From Candidatus Lustribacter sp. (GTDB lineage Bacteria; Vulcanimicrobiota; Vulcanimicrobiia; Vulcanimicrobiales; Vulcanimicrobiaceae), in contig OZ255842.1 in the NCBI GenBank assembly GCA_965277805.1, positions 2,400,001 to 2,464,000 of the forward strand: 64,000 bases of DNA. The letters are read 5' to 3'. The first letter of the stretch is position 1; every line of letters begins with the position of its first letter. The position numbers and the translations under genes were made by a program. The notes below the pieces were generated by a model. It ran no database searches and had not been told where the DNA came from. It was given only the letters and a program-made list of their open reading frames with translations. Positions 19,942 through 29,101 of the stretch are shown piece by piece.

Positions 19942-21120
19942 ATGACGCACTTACGGAAGATAATTGTTGCAGCATTCGTTGCGATGTTTGCGCTCACGGC
20001 CGCCGGCGCGGCCGACTTGCCGCCGGTCAAGATCGGCATCGTGTACTCGTACACCGGTTCGTCGGCCGACGCCGGCCCGGTCGTCGATGCGGCGATCGCA
20101 GCGTGGCTCGCCCAGCACCACGGCATGATGTCGGGCCGCAAAGTCGAGATGATCAAGCGCGATGACACCGGCCCTGCGCCCGACGTCGCGCGCCGTCTTT
20201 CAACCGAACTCGTCGTGCAAGATCACGTCGACTTCCTCATGGGCAGCACGTACACGCCGAACGCCGTGGCGATGGCGACCGCATCGACGCAATCGAAGAC
20301 GCCGTACTGCATGGTCAACGCGGCCGGTTCCGGTCTGCTTGCGAAGGCGCCGTACTCGACGCGGCTCGGCGTCACGATGGCGCAGATCACCGTTCCGCTC
20401 GCGAACTGGGCCTGGAAAAACGGCGTGAAGACGGTCTACAACGTGCTCGCCAACTACCAGCCCGGCATCGACGGCGGCAAGGCGTTCGCCGACACGTTCA
20501 CCGCGGCCGGCGGCAAGATGGTCGGCGAAGTGCTCGTGCCGATCAACAACACGGAATTCAGCGCGTACATCCAGCGCGTGAAAGATGCCAAGCCCGATGC
20601 GGTATTCGTTTTCGTCGGCGCGGGCACGCCGGCGGTTGCATTCTTCAAAGCCTTTCATCAAGCCGGACTCGACAAAATGGGTATTCGCATTCTCGCCTCG
20701 GGCGACGCGCTCGAAGAGGATGCCCTGCCGCAGATGGGCGACGAGCCCAATGGCGTGATCAGCTCGCTGAACTACGCTGCCGTGCACGATTCGAAGCTCA
20801 ACCGCGACTTCGTCAGCGCGTTTCACGCAGCCGATTCGACCAAAACGCTCGAGCCGGATTTCTTCGCGGTGGCCGCCTACGATTGCATGACGGCGTTCGA
20901 CCGGGCCGTCGCCGCGCAGAAGGGCACGATCGATCCCGACAAGACGATGGCGATCTGGAGCGGCTTGAAGTGGGAGAGCCCGCGCGGTCCGATCCAGATC
21001 GATCCGCAAACGCGCGACATCACGCAAGACATGTACATGCGCAAGGTGACGAAACAGGGACCAAAATATCAGGACGTCGAGTTTTCGACGACGCCCAATG
21101 TTAAGGCCGACGGCACCTAA
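19942..21120 (+). CDS. LivJ/LivK-like ABC substrate-binding protein
   Basis: Signal peptide, VKIGIVYSYTG, RDDTG, WESPRGPIQIDPQTRD; paralog of 10259..11461. Confidence 0.92.
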   Translation: MTHLRKIIVAAFVAMFALTAAGAADLPPVKIGIVYSYTGSSADAGPVVDAAIAAWLAQHHGMMSGRKVEMIKRDDTGPAPDVARRLSTELVVQDHVDFLMGSTYTPNAVAMATASTQSKTPYCMVNAAGSGLLAKAPYSTRLGVTMAQITVPLANWAWKNGVKTVYNVLANYQPGIDGGKAFADTFTAAGGKMVGEVLVPINNTEFSAYIQRVKDAKPDAVFVFVGAGTPAVAFFKAFHQAGLDKMGIRILASGDALEEDALPQMGDEPNGVISSLNYAAVHDSKLNRDFVSAFHAADSTKTLEPDFFAVAAYDCMTAFDRAVAAQKGTIDPDKTMAIWSGLKWESPRGPIQIDPQTRDITQDMYMRKVTKQGPKYQDVEFSTTPNVKADGT

Positions 21121-21180
21121 CGTGTAAGCGAGCGCTATTACGCATTGCGTCGCGCGCTCTTTTTTGGGTAGACTGCGGTC

Positions 21181-21786
21181 ATGACGACCGCAACGCAACA
21201 AGCGTACACCGCTAAGAAGTGGGACCTTAAGGGTCTCCAAGGTATTTCCGACAACACGCTGACGGTGCACTTTGGCCTTTACGAAGGCTACGTGACGAAC
21301 ACCAACAAGCTCAACGACCAGATCGCCGCCCTCGTGCAAGCCGGCAAAGGGTCAGCCGCTGAACCGGCGTTCGCCGAACTGACGCGCCGTCTCGGCTTCG
21401 AGTACAACGGCATGGTTCTGCACGAGTACTACTTCGACAACCTGACCTCGAGCGGCAGCACCGCGCCGTCGTCGGGCAAACTCGTTACCGCCGTAAACGA
21501 GAGCTTCGGAGACTTCGAAACTTGGAAGAAAAGTTTCGCGGCGACCGGCGCTCTGCGCGGCGTGGGTTGGGCCATCATGTATCAGGATCCGAAGAGCGGG
21601 CGTCTCTCCAACCACTGGGTGACGCTGCACGAAGACGGCAATGTTGCCGGCTTCACGCCGATCCTCGTGATGGACGTGTGGGAACACGCCTTCCTGCTCG
21701 ACTACAAACCGGCCGAGCGCCCCAAGTACATCGAAGCGTTCTTCAGCAACGTCGACTGGACCGCAGTCGAAAAGCGCCTGAAGTAA
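21181..21786 (+). CDS. Fe/Mn superoxide dismutase family (ChrC-like type)
   Basis: VHFGLYEGYV, NGMVLHEYYFDNL, MDVWEHAF metal-ligand motif. Confidence 0.93.
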   Translation: MTTATQQAYTAKKWDLKGLQGISDNTLTVHFGLYEGYVTNTNKLNDQIAALVQAGKGSAAEPAFAELTRRLGFEYNGMVLHEYYFDNLTSSGSTAPSSGKLVTAVNESFGDFETWKKSFAATGALRGVGWAIMYQDPKSGRLSNHWVTLHEDGNVAGFTPILVMDVWEHAFLLDYKPAERPKYIEAFFSNVDWTAVEKRLK

Positions 21787-21789
21787 CCG

Positions 21790-22134
21790 TTACGTGCGTT
21801 GGCGTCCCGGCACCAGCGGCCGGGGCGCCGACGCGACGTAGATCTCGGCATCGCGAATTTCGACGGGAAACGTCGCCACCGACTGGCGGCCGTATTCCTC
21901 GGTGCCGTCGACGAGGCTGAACTCGCGGAAATGCAGCGGACATTGCACCGTGCAGGCAGTGGGGTTGACCTTGCCGCCGTGCAGCGGTCCGTCGACGTGC
22001 GGGCAGACGTTGTTGATCGCATAGATCGTTCCGTCAACGTTGAACACGCCGACGTCGTACTCACCGACCTGCGTTACGCGCGCCGTGCCCGGCGCCACCT
22101 CCCCGAGCGAAAAGACCCGCACAAAATCATCCAT
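21790..22134 (-). CDS. Rieske [2Fe-2S] ferredoxin
   Basis: CPH...CPLH motif in a ~114-aa protein. Confidence 0.9.
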   Translation of the reverse strand: MDDFVRVFSLGEVAPGTARVTQVGEYDVGVFNVDGTIYAINNVCPHVDGPLHGGKVNPTACTVQCPLHFREFSLVDGTEEYGRQSVATFPVEIRDAEIYVASAPRPLVPGRQRT

Positions 22135-23614
22135 TCGTGACCTTTTCGGCAAGGCGCTCGCGGAGGTCTTTCTTGAGCGCCTTCCCTTGCGCGTTCTTCG
22201 GGAAGGGTTCGAAGAAGACGTACTTGGGCTTCTTGTAGCTGGCGATCAGCGCACGGCAGTGTTCGATGATCTCGGCTTCCGTGACGTGCGCGCCCGGCGT
22301 CAGTTCCACGAAGGCCACCACGGCTTCGCCAAATTGGGCATCCGGCGTGCCGACGACGGCGGCATCGGCCACTGCGGGATGCGAGAGGATCGCGTTCTCG
22401 ACTTCCTTGGAATAGATGTTCAGGCCGCCGCTGAGGATCATGTCCTTCTTGCGGTCGACCATGTAGAGATAACCGTCGGGATCGAAGCGCCCCATGTCGC
22501 CGGTGAGAAACCAGCCGTCGCGAAAGGCCTCGGCCGTTTCCTTCGGCCGGTTCCAGTACGCGCGCATCATCAGCTCGGCGCCCGGCACGCCCGAACGCAC
22601 GAGGATCTCGCCGATCTCCCCGTTCGGCACGGCCTTGCCCGCATCGTCGGCCAGCATCACTTCAACGCCGGGCACCGGCCGGCCGGCCGAACCGGCATGC
22701 GTGATCTGATCCTCCGACTTCAGCACGGCCGCGCCGAACGTTTCGGTCATCGCCAGTGCTGAGGAGAGCTTGATGTTCGGCAGCGTCGCGAAGAGGCGCT
22801 TCTTCAGCTCGACCGGGAACGCTTCGCCGACCGAGATCATCATGCGCAGCGCGGCGTACGGCTTCGCATCGCCCTCGAACGCATCGAGGATCATGCGCGC
22901 CACGGTCGGCACGAGGCCGGTGACGCTGACGCGCTCGCGCACGATCGTCGCTAAGGTCTCGGCCGCATCGAAGCGCGGCATGATGATCAGCGTCGCGCCC
23001 AGCGTGAGCGTGTTGTACAGGCGCGCGATCGCGGTGCGGTGCGCGAACGGGGTCGTAACGAGTACGCGGTCGTGCTCGGTCAAGCCGTAATCGTAGTTGT
23101 TGATCATCGCGGTGAGCACGAGGTTGTTGTGCGTCGTGATCGCGCCTTTCGGCGTGCCCGACGTGCCCGACGTGTAGCCGATCATGCAATCGTCGGAGTC
23201 GTGCGGCACGGGCCACGGTGCATCGCTGGCGCCGGCTGCCGCGGCCTCGAGTTCGCCGACCGTCACCACCGGGCCCGACGGAATATCACGCAGCTCGTCG
23301 GACGCGACGACGACGCGCGGCTCCGCGTCGCCCACGAGGAACGCGACTTCGTGTGCGGTGAGCCGCGTGCTCACCGGCACGACGAGCGCACCGAGTTTCA
23401 TCACCGCGAGGCACAAGAGCGGCCAAGCGATGCCGTTGTTGACGAACAGCAGTACGCGATCGCCCTTGACGACGCCGCGCCCGTGCAGCACGGCCGCCAG
23501 CTGGTTCGTTCGCCGTTCGAACTCGGCATAGGTCACGCGCGTGTTCTCGCACACGAGCGCTTCGCGGCCGGGAACGCGACGCGCGAAGGTGTCGAGAAAG
23601 ACCTGGGTCTTCAT
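22127..23614 (-). CDS. Acyl/aryl-CoA ligase (AMP-binding)
   Basis: YTSGTSGTPKG, TGDMG, DRKKDMILSGG, terminal GK lysine. Confidence 0.93.
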   Translation of the reverse strand: MKTQVFLDTFARRVPGREALVCENTRVTYAEFERRTNQLAAVLHGRGVVKGDRVLLFVNNGIAWPLLCLAVMKLGALVVPVSTRLTAHEVAFLVGDAEPRVVVASDELRDIPSGPVVTVGELEAAAAGASDAPWPVPHDSDDCMIGYTSGTSGTPKGAITTHNNLVLTAMINNYDYGLTEHDRVLVTTPFAHRTAIARLYNTLTLGATLIIMPRFDAAETLATIVRERVSVTGLVPTVARMILDAFEGDAKPYAALRMMISVGEAFPVELKKRLFATLPNIKLSSALAMTETFGAAVLKSEDQITHAGSAGRPVPGVEVMLADDAGKAVPNGEIGEILVRSGVPGAELMMRAYWNRPKETAEAFRDGWFLTGDMGRFDPDGYLYMVDRKKDMILSGGLNIYSKEVENAILSHPAVADAAVVGTPDAQFGEAVVAFVELTPGAHVTEAEIIEHCRALIASYKKPKYVFFEPFPKNAQGKALKKDLRERLAEKVTNG

Positions 23615-23623
23615 CCGCCCTCG

Positions 23624-24472
23624 TTAGCTTTTCTTGTACGCGCCGAGACCCGGCTTGAACGACTTGTCGTCGAGGAATTGCTTCATGCCTTGCCCGCGCC
23701 CATCGGCTTTGTCCAAGAACGACACTTGATCCATCTTCGCCCCCAGGTAGTCGGACGCGTCCTCCCAGCTCATGTCGCGGACGTGTTTGTAGGCGCGTTT
23801 GGCAGCGCTCAAGACCACCGGATTCTTCTCGAGCAGCGTGTTTGCGAGCTTACGCACGCGGTCGCGCAGCTGATCCTTCGGCACGGCGTCGTTGACGAGC
23901 CCCATCTCCTTCGCTCGCTTTCCATCGAACGTCTCGCCCGTCATGATGTAGTACAGGCAGTCGCGCTGGTTCATCACCTGCGCCACGGCCTTCGTGACGA
24001 TGCCCGCCGGGATGATGCCCCAGTTGATCTCAGAGAGTCCGAACGTGGCTTCTTCGGCGGCAATCGCGAGGTCGCACGAGATCAAGGGCGTGAAGGCGCC
24101 GCCGAAACACCAGCCGTTGACCATCGCGATCGTCGGCTTCGGAAAAGGCGCCAGCAGCCGCCATTGCCACATCGCGTTCGTGCGGTAGACGCGCAACCGT
24201 TCGAGCGTCGGCATCCCGTCGGTCGCGCGGAAGTAGTCCTTGAGATCCATGCCGGCCGAAAACGCGTCGCCCGTGCCGGTCAGCACGAGCACGCCGGCGC
24301 GGTCGTCGATCTCGAGCGCTTCGAGAACTTCGAGCATCTCGTATGCGAGCGCCACGCTCATCGCGTTCCGCTTTTCGGGCCGGTTCAGCGACACCCACGC
24401 GATGCCGTCCTCGAACTCGACTAAGACGTTTTTTCCGCCCGGGACGGGCTTGCCGTTTGCTGATGCGCTCAT
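23624..24472 (-). CDS. ech: p-Hydroxycinnamoyl/feruloyl-CoA hydratase-lyase (crotonase family)
   Basis: AGMDLKDYFR, WQWRLL, NGWCFGGAF, LSEINWGIIP, QFLDDKSFKPGLGAYK are characteristic of HCHL. Confidence 0.93.
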   Translation of the reverse strand: MSASANGKPVPGGKNVLVEFEDGIAWVSLNRPEKRNAMSVALAYEMLEVLEALEIDDRAGVLVLTGTGDAFSAGMDLKDYFRATDGMPTLERLRVYRTNAMWQWRLLAPFPKPTIAMVNGWCFGGAFTPLISCDLAIAAEEATFGLSEINWGIIPAGIVTKAVAQVMNQRDCLYYIMTGETFDGKRAKEMGLVNDAVPKDQLRDRVRKLANTLLEKNPVVLSAAKRAYKHVRDMSWEDASDYLGAKMDQVSFLDKADGRGQGMKQFLDDKSFKPGLGAYKKS

Positions 24473-24485
24473 GTTTCGATACTCC

Positions 24486-25292
24486 TCAGGAATGACGTCC
24501 GCTAATCAGGGCGGGAAGGGAGACGGGCGGCCCTGCGATTTCGGTCAGCACCGGCAAGATCCGGTCGCGAATCCCATCGCTGCCGAACTCGCTCATCGGG
24601 CCGATCACGTTCATCGCGGCGACGACGCGACCGTCGGCATCGCGCAACGGGACGGCCACCGACGCCGTTGCGCTCTCGATCATGCCGTACGAGAACGCGT
24701 ATTTCTTCTTGCGAATCTCGCGCAGATCGTCGAGCAGCGTCGGCATCGCGGTGATCGTCGTGTTGGTGTAGGGCGTGAGATCGTGATCCGCATAGCGCCG
24801 GATCACGTTCGCTTCCGACTCGAACGCGAGCAGCACGCGGCCGAGCGACGTTGCGTGCGCGGGCAGCGCCGAGCCGACCTCGATGTTGAACGGGCTGTAG
24901 CGCCCGACGTTGCGCGCGACGTGCAGCACGAGCCGGCCGTCGAGTACGCCGACATTCGCCGTAAACCCGATCGTCCGAAGGACTTGATTCAAGCGCCCGT
25001 CGAGATCCGGATTGTCGAGCGCCGCGCGCACGCGCATCCCGGTCCACAGCAGCTTCAACCCGGCCCGATAGACCTTGCGCTCGGCGTCGAAATTCAAATA
25101 GTGCAGCGCGGTCCACGTTTGCAAGATACGGTGCGCTACGGTATGGCCGAGGCCGAGCTGGCGCTGCACGTCCTTGAGCGTCGTCGAGCCGGAACTGATC
25201 ACGAGTTCGAGGACATCGGCCGACCGCTTGACGGTCCGGAGCGAATCGTCGCTCTTCCCGCTTATCGGACTATCTTTCCCGGAAAATGCCAC
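24486..25292 (-). CDS. IclR-family transcriptional regulator
   Basis: N-terminal HTH (VAHRILQT), PAHATSLGRVLLA, SVAVPL. Confidence 0.92.
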   Translation of the reverse strand: MAFSGKDSPISGKSDDSLRTVKRSADVLELVISSGSTTLKDVQRQLGLGHTVAHRILQTWTALHYLNFDAERKVYRAGLKLLWTGMRVRAALDNPDLDGRLNQVLRTIGFTANVGVLDGRLVLHVARNVGRYSPFNIEVGSALPAHATSLGRVLLAFESEANVIRRYADHDLTPYTNTTITAMPTLLDDLREIRKKKYAFSYGMIESATASVAVPLRDADGRVVAAMNVIGPMSEFGSDGIRDRILPVLTEIAGPPVSLPALISGRHS

Positions 25293-25320
25293 ACAGGTCT
25301 CTTTAGCACGCTTTCGCCTT

Positions 25321-25363
25321 TGTCATCCCGAGCAAAGCGCCCGCGAGCGCGTCGTCGAGGGAC
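25321..25363 (+). repeat. REP-like repeat, long form
   Basis: TGTCATCCCGAGCAAA-GCGC-CCGCGA-GCGC-GTCGTCGAGGGAC. Confidence 0.8.
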
Positions 25364-25380
25364 AGCGAGCATCGCGCCCA

Positions 25381-26145
25381 TCACCCCCGGAACGCCCGAA
25401 TCACGAGACCCACCGCGGCGCAGGCCAGCATCACGAGCACGGCCCGTTTGAAGATCAGATCGTCGATGCGCTTTTGGATCGCAAACCCCACGCCCATTCC
25501 GGCAAAGGCGAGCACGACGACCACGAGCGCGGAGGCCCAAATCGCCGGCGTCGTGAGGTGGAGTTGCTGCAGCGACGTGAACTGCGTCCAGTCGAGCACA
25601 AAGAAAATCAGGTTGATCGAGAACAAAAAGCCGTCGCGCGTCAGCTGCGAGCTGACGAGGTACGTCGTCACGATCGGACCCGACGCGCCCGCGCTGCCCT
25701 GTATGATGCCGCACGCGAAGCCGATCAACGGTCCAACCCGTGAGGCAACCGCGCGGCTCATGGTCGGCACTTTGCCGAACCACGACACGATGATGAAGGC
25801 GATGACGACCGCGGCGAGCACCGCACTCAAAATCGACACCTTGACGAAGAGCAAGATCCGCGTGCCGATCACGATCCCGATCAGCCCGCAGATCAGGAAA
25901 CCCACCAGAATCGACGCTTCACGATAGTTTTTGCGGAACCGGTAGAGCATGGGGATGTCGGACAGCGCGGTGGCCAAGATCGTCGTCAGCAGCACGAGGC
26001 GCAGATCGCCGTAGAGCGCAACCAGAATCGGCACGCCGGCGACGGGCAAGCCCATGCCGGTTACGCCCTTCGCCACGCCGGCGATGAAGATCGTCGCAAT
26101 CGCGAGCACGAGCCGGATATCGATGGGAATGGGGCCGTCAATCAT
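25381..26145 (-). CDS. TauE/SafE-family membrane protein
   Basis: AGVAKGVTGMG and QGSAGASGP repeat motifs, about 8 TM segments. Confidence 0.9.
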   Translation of the reverse strand: MIDGPIPIDIRLVLAIATIFIAGVAKGVTGMGLPVAGVPILVALYGDLRLVLLTTILATALSDIPMLYRFRKNYREASILVGFLICGLIGIVIGTRILLFVKVSILSAVLAAVVIAFIIVSWFGKVPTMSRAVASRVGPLIGFACGIIQGSAGASGPIVTTYLVSSQLTRDGFLFSINLIFFVLDWTQFTSLQQLHLTTPAIWASALVVVVLAFAGMGVGFAIQKRIDDLIFKRAVLVMLACAAVGLVIRAFRG

Positions 26146-26159
26146 CGTAGTCCTCCGAT

Positions 26160-26378
26160 ATGGCAGATGTAACGATCAAAATCCGTCCCAACGGCCCCTA
26201 TCTGGTCAGCGGACCCATCGATCTCACCGACGCCGACGGCAATCCGGTACCGATTCCGGAAGGCAAAACAAACATCGCGCTGTGCCGCTGCGGCGCCTCG
26301 GTCACCAAGCCGTTTTGCGACGGCACGCACAGCAAAATCGGTTTCGACGCCGCGGCTAAGGCCGTTCCCGGGGCGTAA
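26160..26378 (+). CDS. CDGSH iron-sulfur domain protein
   Basis: NGPYLVSG, ALCRCGASVTKPFCDGTH. Confidence 0.93.
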   Translation: MADVTIKIRPNGPYLVSGPIDLTDADGNPVPIPEGKTNIALCRCGASVTKPFCDGTHSKIGFDAAAKAVPGA

Positions 26379-26778
26379 CTCGAAAGAGGGGTAACGAGAC
26401 GCCTTCGGTGCTGTCGTCGAAGGTAACTTCGACGCGCATTCCTACGCGCACGTCTTCCCACGGGATGTCGATGACGTTGCTCAAGAGCGAGAGATCTTTC
26501 GGCGCTTCATCGAGGCTGATGAACGCGACCGTGTAGGGCACCGCATCGGCGAACGCCGGATGCATCGGCTGATGTTGCACGACGAACGACGTGATCGTGC
26601 CGGTGCCGCGCACGTCCACCCACGTCGCGCCGAGTTTGCGGCAGTGCGGGCAGACCTCGGCCGGCGGCCAACGGCGCTTCCCGCAGCTGTTGCATTGCTG
26701 CGCGGTGAGACGATGTTCGCGGCACGCCGCCCAGAACGGCGCACTGTCGGCATCGGGGACCGGAATCGGGCGCGGCAC
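26356..26778 (-). CDS. Zn-ribbon/OB-fold (DUF35, ChsH2-like) protein
   Basis: PFWAACREHRL, CNSC...CPHC, VGMRVEVTF. Confidence 0.9.
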   Translation of the reverse strand: MPRPIPVPDADSAPFWAACREHRLTAQQCNSCGKRRWPPAEVCPHCRKLGATWVDVRGTGTITSFVVQHQPMHPAFADAVPYTVAFISLDEAPKDLSLLSNVIDIPWEDVRVGMRVEVTFDDSTEGVSLPLFRVTPRERP

Positions 26779-26779
26779 G

Positions 26780-27958
26780 TCAGGCGCTCCGCAAGATCAG
26801 CGAGGCTGCGCCGCATTCGCCGCACACCAACCCGACGTGCGGATCGCGCACCTGGCGGCAATGCGTGCGGTCGTAATCGTGCTCGCCCGTGCAGAGATCG
26901 TCGACGACGCCGCCGGGGCGCAGCTGCTGCACCGCTTCGACAACGTGGTTGAGGCCTTGCATGTACGTTTCGGACAAGAGCCCCCCGTGCGTGTTGATCG
27001 GCATCGCGCCGTCGAGGCCCGCACCGCCGCTGCGAAACAATTCCGGCGCGCCGCCCTGCGGTGCGAGTCCGAAGGCCTCGGCGTGCAGCAGCGTCATGCC
27101 GGTGAAGGGATCGTAGAGTTCGGCGAAATCGACGTCTTGCGGCGTAAGGCCGGCGCGCTCGTAGAGGATCGGCGCGGCCCGGAGGCCTTCGATTTCCCAC
27201 TCCGGACTCGGTTGCGGCGGATACGTGCCGCCCATGAACGAGGTGATCAGCACCGGTGCCTGCCGCAGCGTGCGCGCGCGCTCGGTCGTCGTCACGATCA
27301 CCGCCATCGCGCCGTCGGATTGCAAGCAGCAGTCGAAGAGCCGGAACGGATAGATGACCCACGGCGAGTTTTGATGTTCTTCCACCGTCATCGGAGCGCG
27401 CATCTGGGCTTTCGTGTTCAGCGCGGCGTGCGCGCGCGTGTTGACGGCGACGTACGCCAAGTCTTCGGTCGTCGCGCCGTAGCGCGCCATGTATGCGGTA
27501 TAGTACGGTCCGAAAATCGATGCCGCGTGCGTCGCACCGAACGGCACCATCCACTGCCCCGGTCCTTCGGGCAACCGCGCCGCGCCCGTGCGCCGCGCGC
27601 TGCGGCCGTTGAGCGACCGGTAGATCAGCACGTTCTTGCATAGTCCGGAATGGACGGCCATCGCAGCCGCTGCGACGAGCGAACACGCCGACGTGCCGCC
27701 GTGCTGATCGAAGAGCTGGAAGTTGCACGCTTTGAGCCCGAGCGCAACGTGCAAGTCGCGCGGATACACCGTGTCGACCGTGTTGTACTGCCACGTCATG
27801 ATGCCGTCGATGTCGTCGACCTCGAGCCCGGCGTCGGCGATCGCGTTGAGCGCCGCCTCGGCCGTCAAGCTCACGACGCTCGTGCCGGAGGCTTTGGAGA
27901 ATTTCGTCCAGCCCACGCCGGCGATGGCCGTTTGATCCGCGATCGAAGGTATCGACAT
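26780..27958 (-). CDS. Thiolase-superfamily Ltp2-like protein (probable retro-aldolase)
   Basis: AIAGVGWT, DCCLQSDG, ELYDPFT, NTHGGLLSETY; paired with DUF35. Confidence 0.88.
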   Translation of the reverse strand: MSIPSIADQTAIAGVGWTKFSKASGTSVVSLTAEAALNAIADAGLEVDDIDGIMTWQYNTVDTVYPRDLHVALGLKACNFQLFDQHGGTSACSLVAAAAMAVHSGLCKNVLIYRSLNGRSARRTGAARLPEGPGQWMVPFGATHAASIFGPYYTAYMARYGATTEDLAYVAVNTRAHAALNTKAQMRAPMTVEEHQNSPWVIYPFRLFDCCLQSDGAMAVIVTTTERARTLRQAPVLITSFMGGTYPPQPSPEWEIEGLRAAPILYERAGLTPQDVDFAELYDPFTGMTLLHAEAFGLAPQGGAPELFRSGGAGLDGAMPINTHGGLLSETYMQGLNHVVEAVQQLRPGGVVDDLCTGEHDYDRTHCRQVRDPHVGLVCGECGAASLILRSA

Positions 27959-28051
27959 CGCCTCCTATCTCCGGCGCTGAAGGTAGGGCTCCTCCCGGCG
28001 CCGGATATTACGAGTTCGAAACTCTTTTTGCCCTCTCCCGGGACCACAGCC

Positions 28052-29101
28052 ATGCAATTCGGCGTCCAGTTTTTCCCCGACGTCAAGCCCGAAGAAAAAT
28101 CGGCGGCGGATTATTTCCGCGACAGCCTGGCGATCGCCGAAGCGGCCGATCGCATCGGCTACACGCACGTGCGCATCGTCGAACATTACTTCCATTATTA
28201 CGGCGGCTACAGTCCCAACCCGATCGTCTTTCTGTCCGCCGCCGCGATGCGCACGACGAACGCGCGGCTCATCACCGGCGCAGTGCTGCCGATCTTCAAC
28301 AACCCGCTCAAACTCGCCGGCGAGATCGCGATGCTCGACGGCATCAGCGGCGGCCGCCTCGACGTCGGCTTCGCGCGCGCGTTTCTGCCGCACGAATTTC
28401 GGCGCTTCGGAATCTCACCGGACGAATCGGTCGCGCGTTTCCGCGAGGGCGTCGAGCAGATCGAACTGCTGCTCACGCAGGAGAACGTCACGCATCGCGG
28501 CCGCTTTCATACGATCGTCGACACGACGTCGCTGCCGCGCCCGACGCAACAGCCGCGGCCGAAGTTTTACGTCGCGGCGACCGGCAACGCCGAGTCGTTC
28601 GAATTCGCCGGCCGCAACGGCTACTCGATCATGGCGATTCCGCTGGCCGGGCCGAAGATGCGGGAAACCTTGGCGATCTACCGCGACGCTTGGCGAGCAG
28701 CCGGGCACCCCGGCAACGGCGAGGTGATGCTGGCGTTCCAGATGTTCGTCGACGCCGACGGCGACCGCGCGCGGCGCATTGCCAAGCCCAAGGTCGAAGC
28801 ATACCTGCACTCGCTGGTCGAGGCGTCGTCCGACTGGGCCGAGGGCACGAGTTCCGCCGACTATCCCGGGTATGATAAAATGGTCGAGAAACTGCGTACG
28901 GAAACGATGGAGTCCCAGATTGCCAGCGGCTCGGCCTGGATAGGCACGCCGGAGGAAATCCGAGCCTCCATCGCGCGTGTTCAAGAGGCATTCGGCGGAT
29001 TCGAGCACGCGTCGCTCCAGATCAACTTCAACACGATGCCGCAAGACGAAGCGATGCGGTCGCTGCACATGTTTGCAACCGAGGTCATTCCGAAATGTTG
29101 A
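28052..29101 (+). CDS. LLM-class flavin-dependent oxidoreductase
   Basis: MQFGVQFF, VEHYF, YSPNP, MLDGISGGRLDVGFAR, PRPTQQPRP. Confidence 0.92.
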   Translation: MQFGVQFFPDVKPEEKSAADYFRDSLAIAEAADRIGYTHVRIVEHYFHYYGGYSPNPIVFLSAAAMRTTNARLITGAVLPIFNNPLKLAGEIAMLDGISGGRLDVGFARAFLPHEFRRFGISPDESVARFREGVEQIELLLTQENVTHRGRFHTIVDTTSLPRPTQQPRPKFYVAATGNAESFEFAGRNGYSIMAIPLAGPKMRETLAIYRDAWRAAGHPGNGEVMLAFQMFVDADGDRARRIAKPKVEAYLHSLVEASSDWAEGTSSADYPGYDKMVEKLRTETMESQIASGSAWIGTPEEIRASIARVQEAFGGFEHASLQINFNTMPQDEAMRSLHMFATEVIPKC

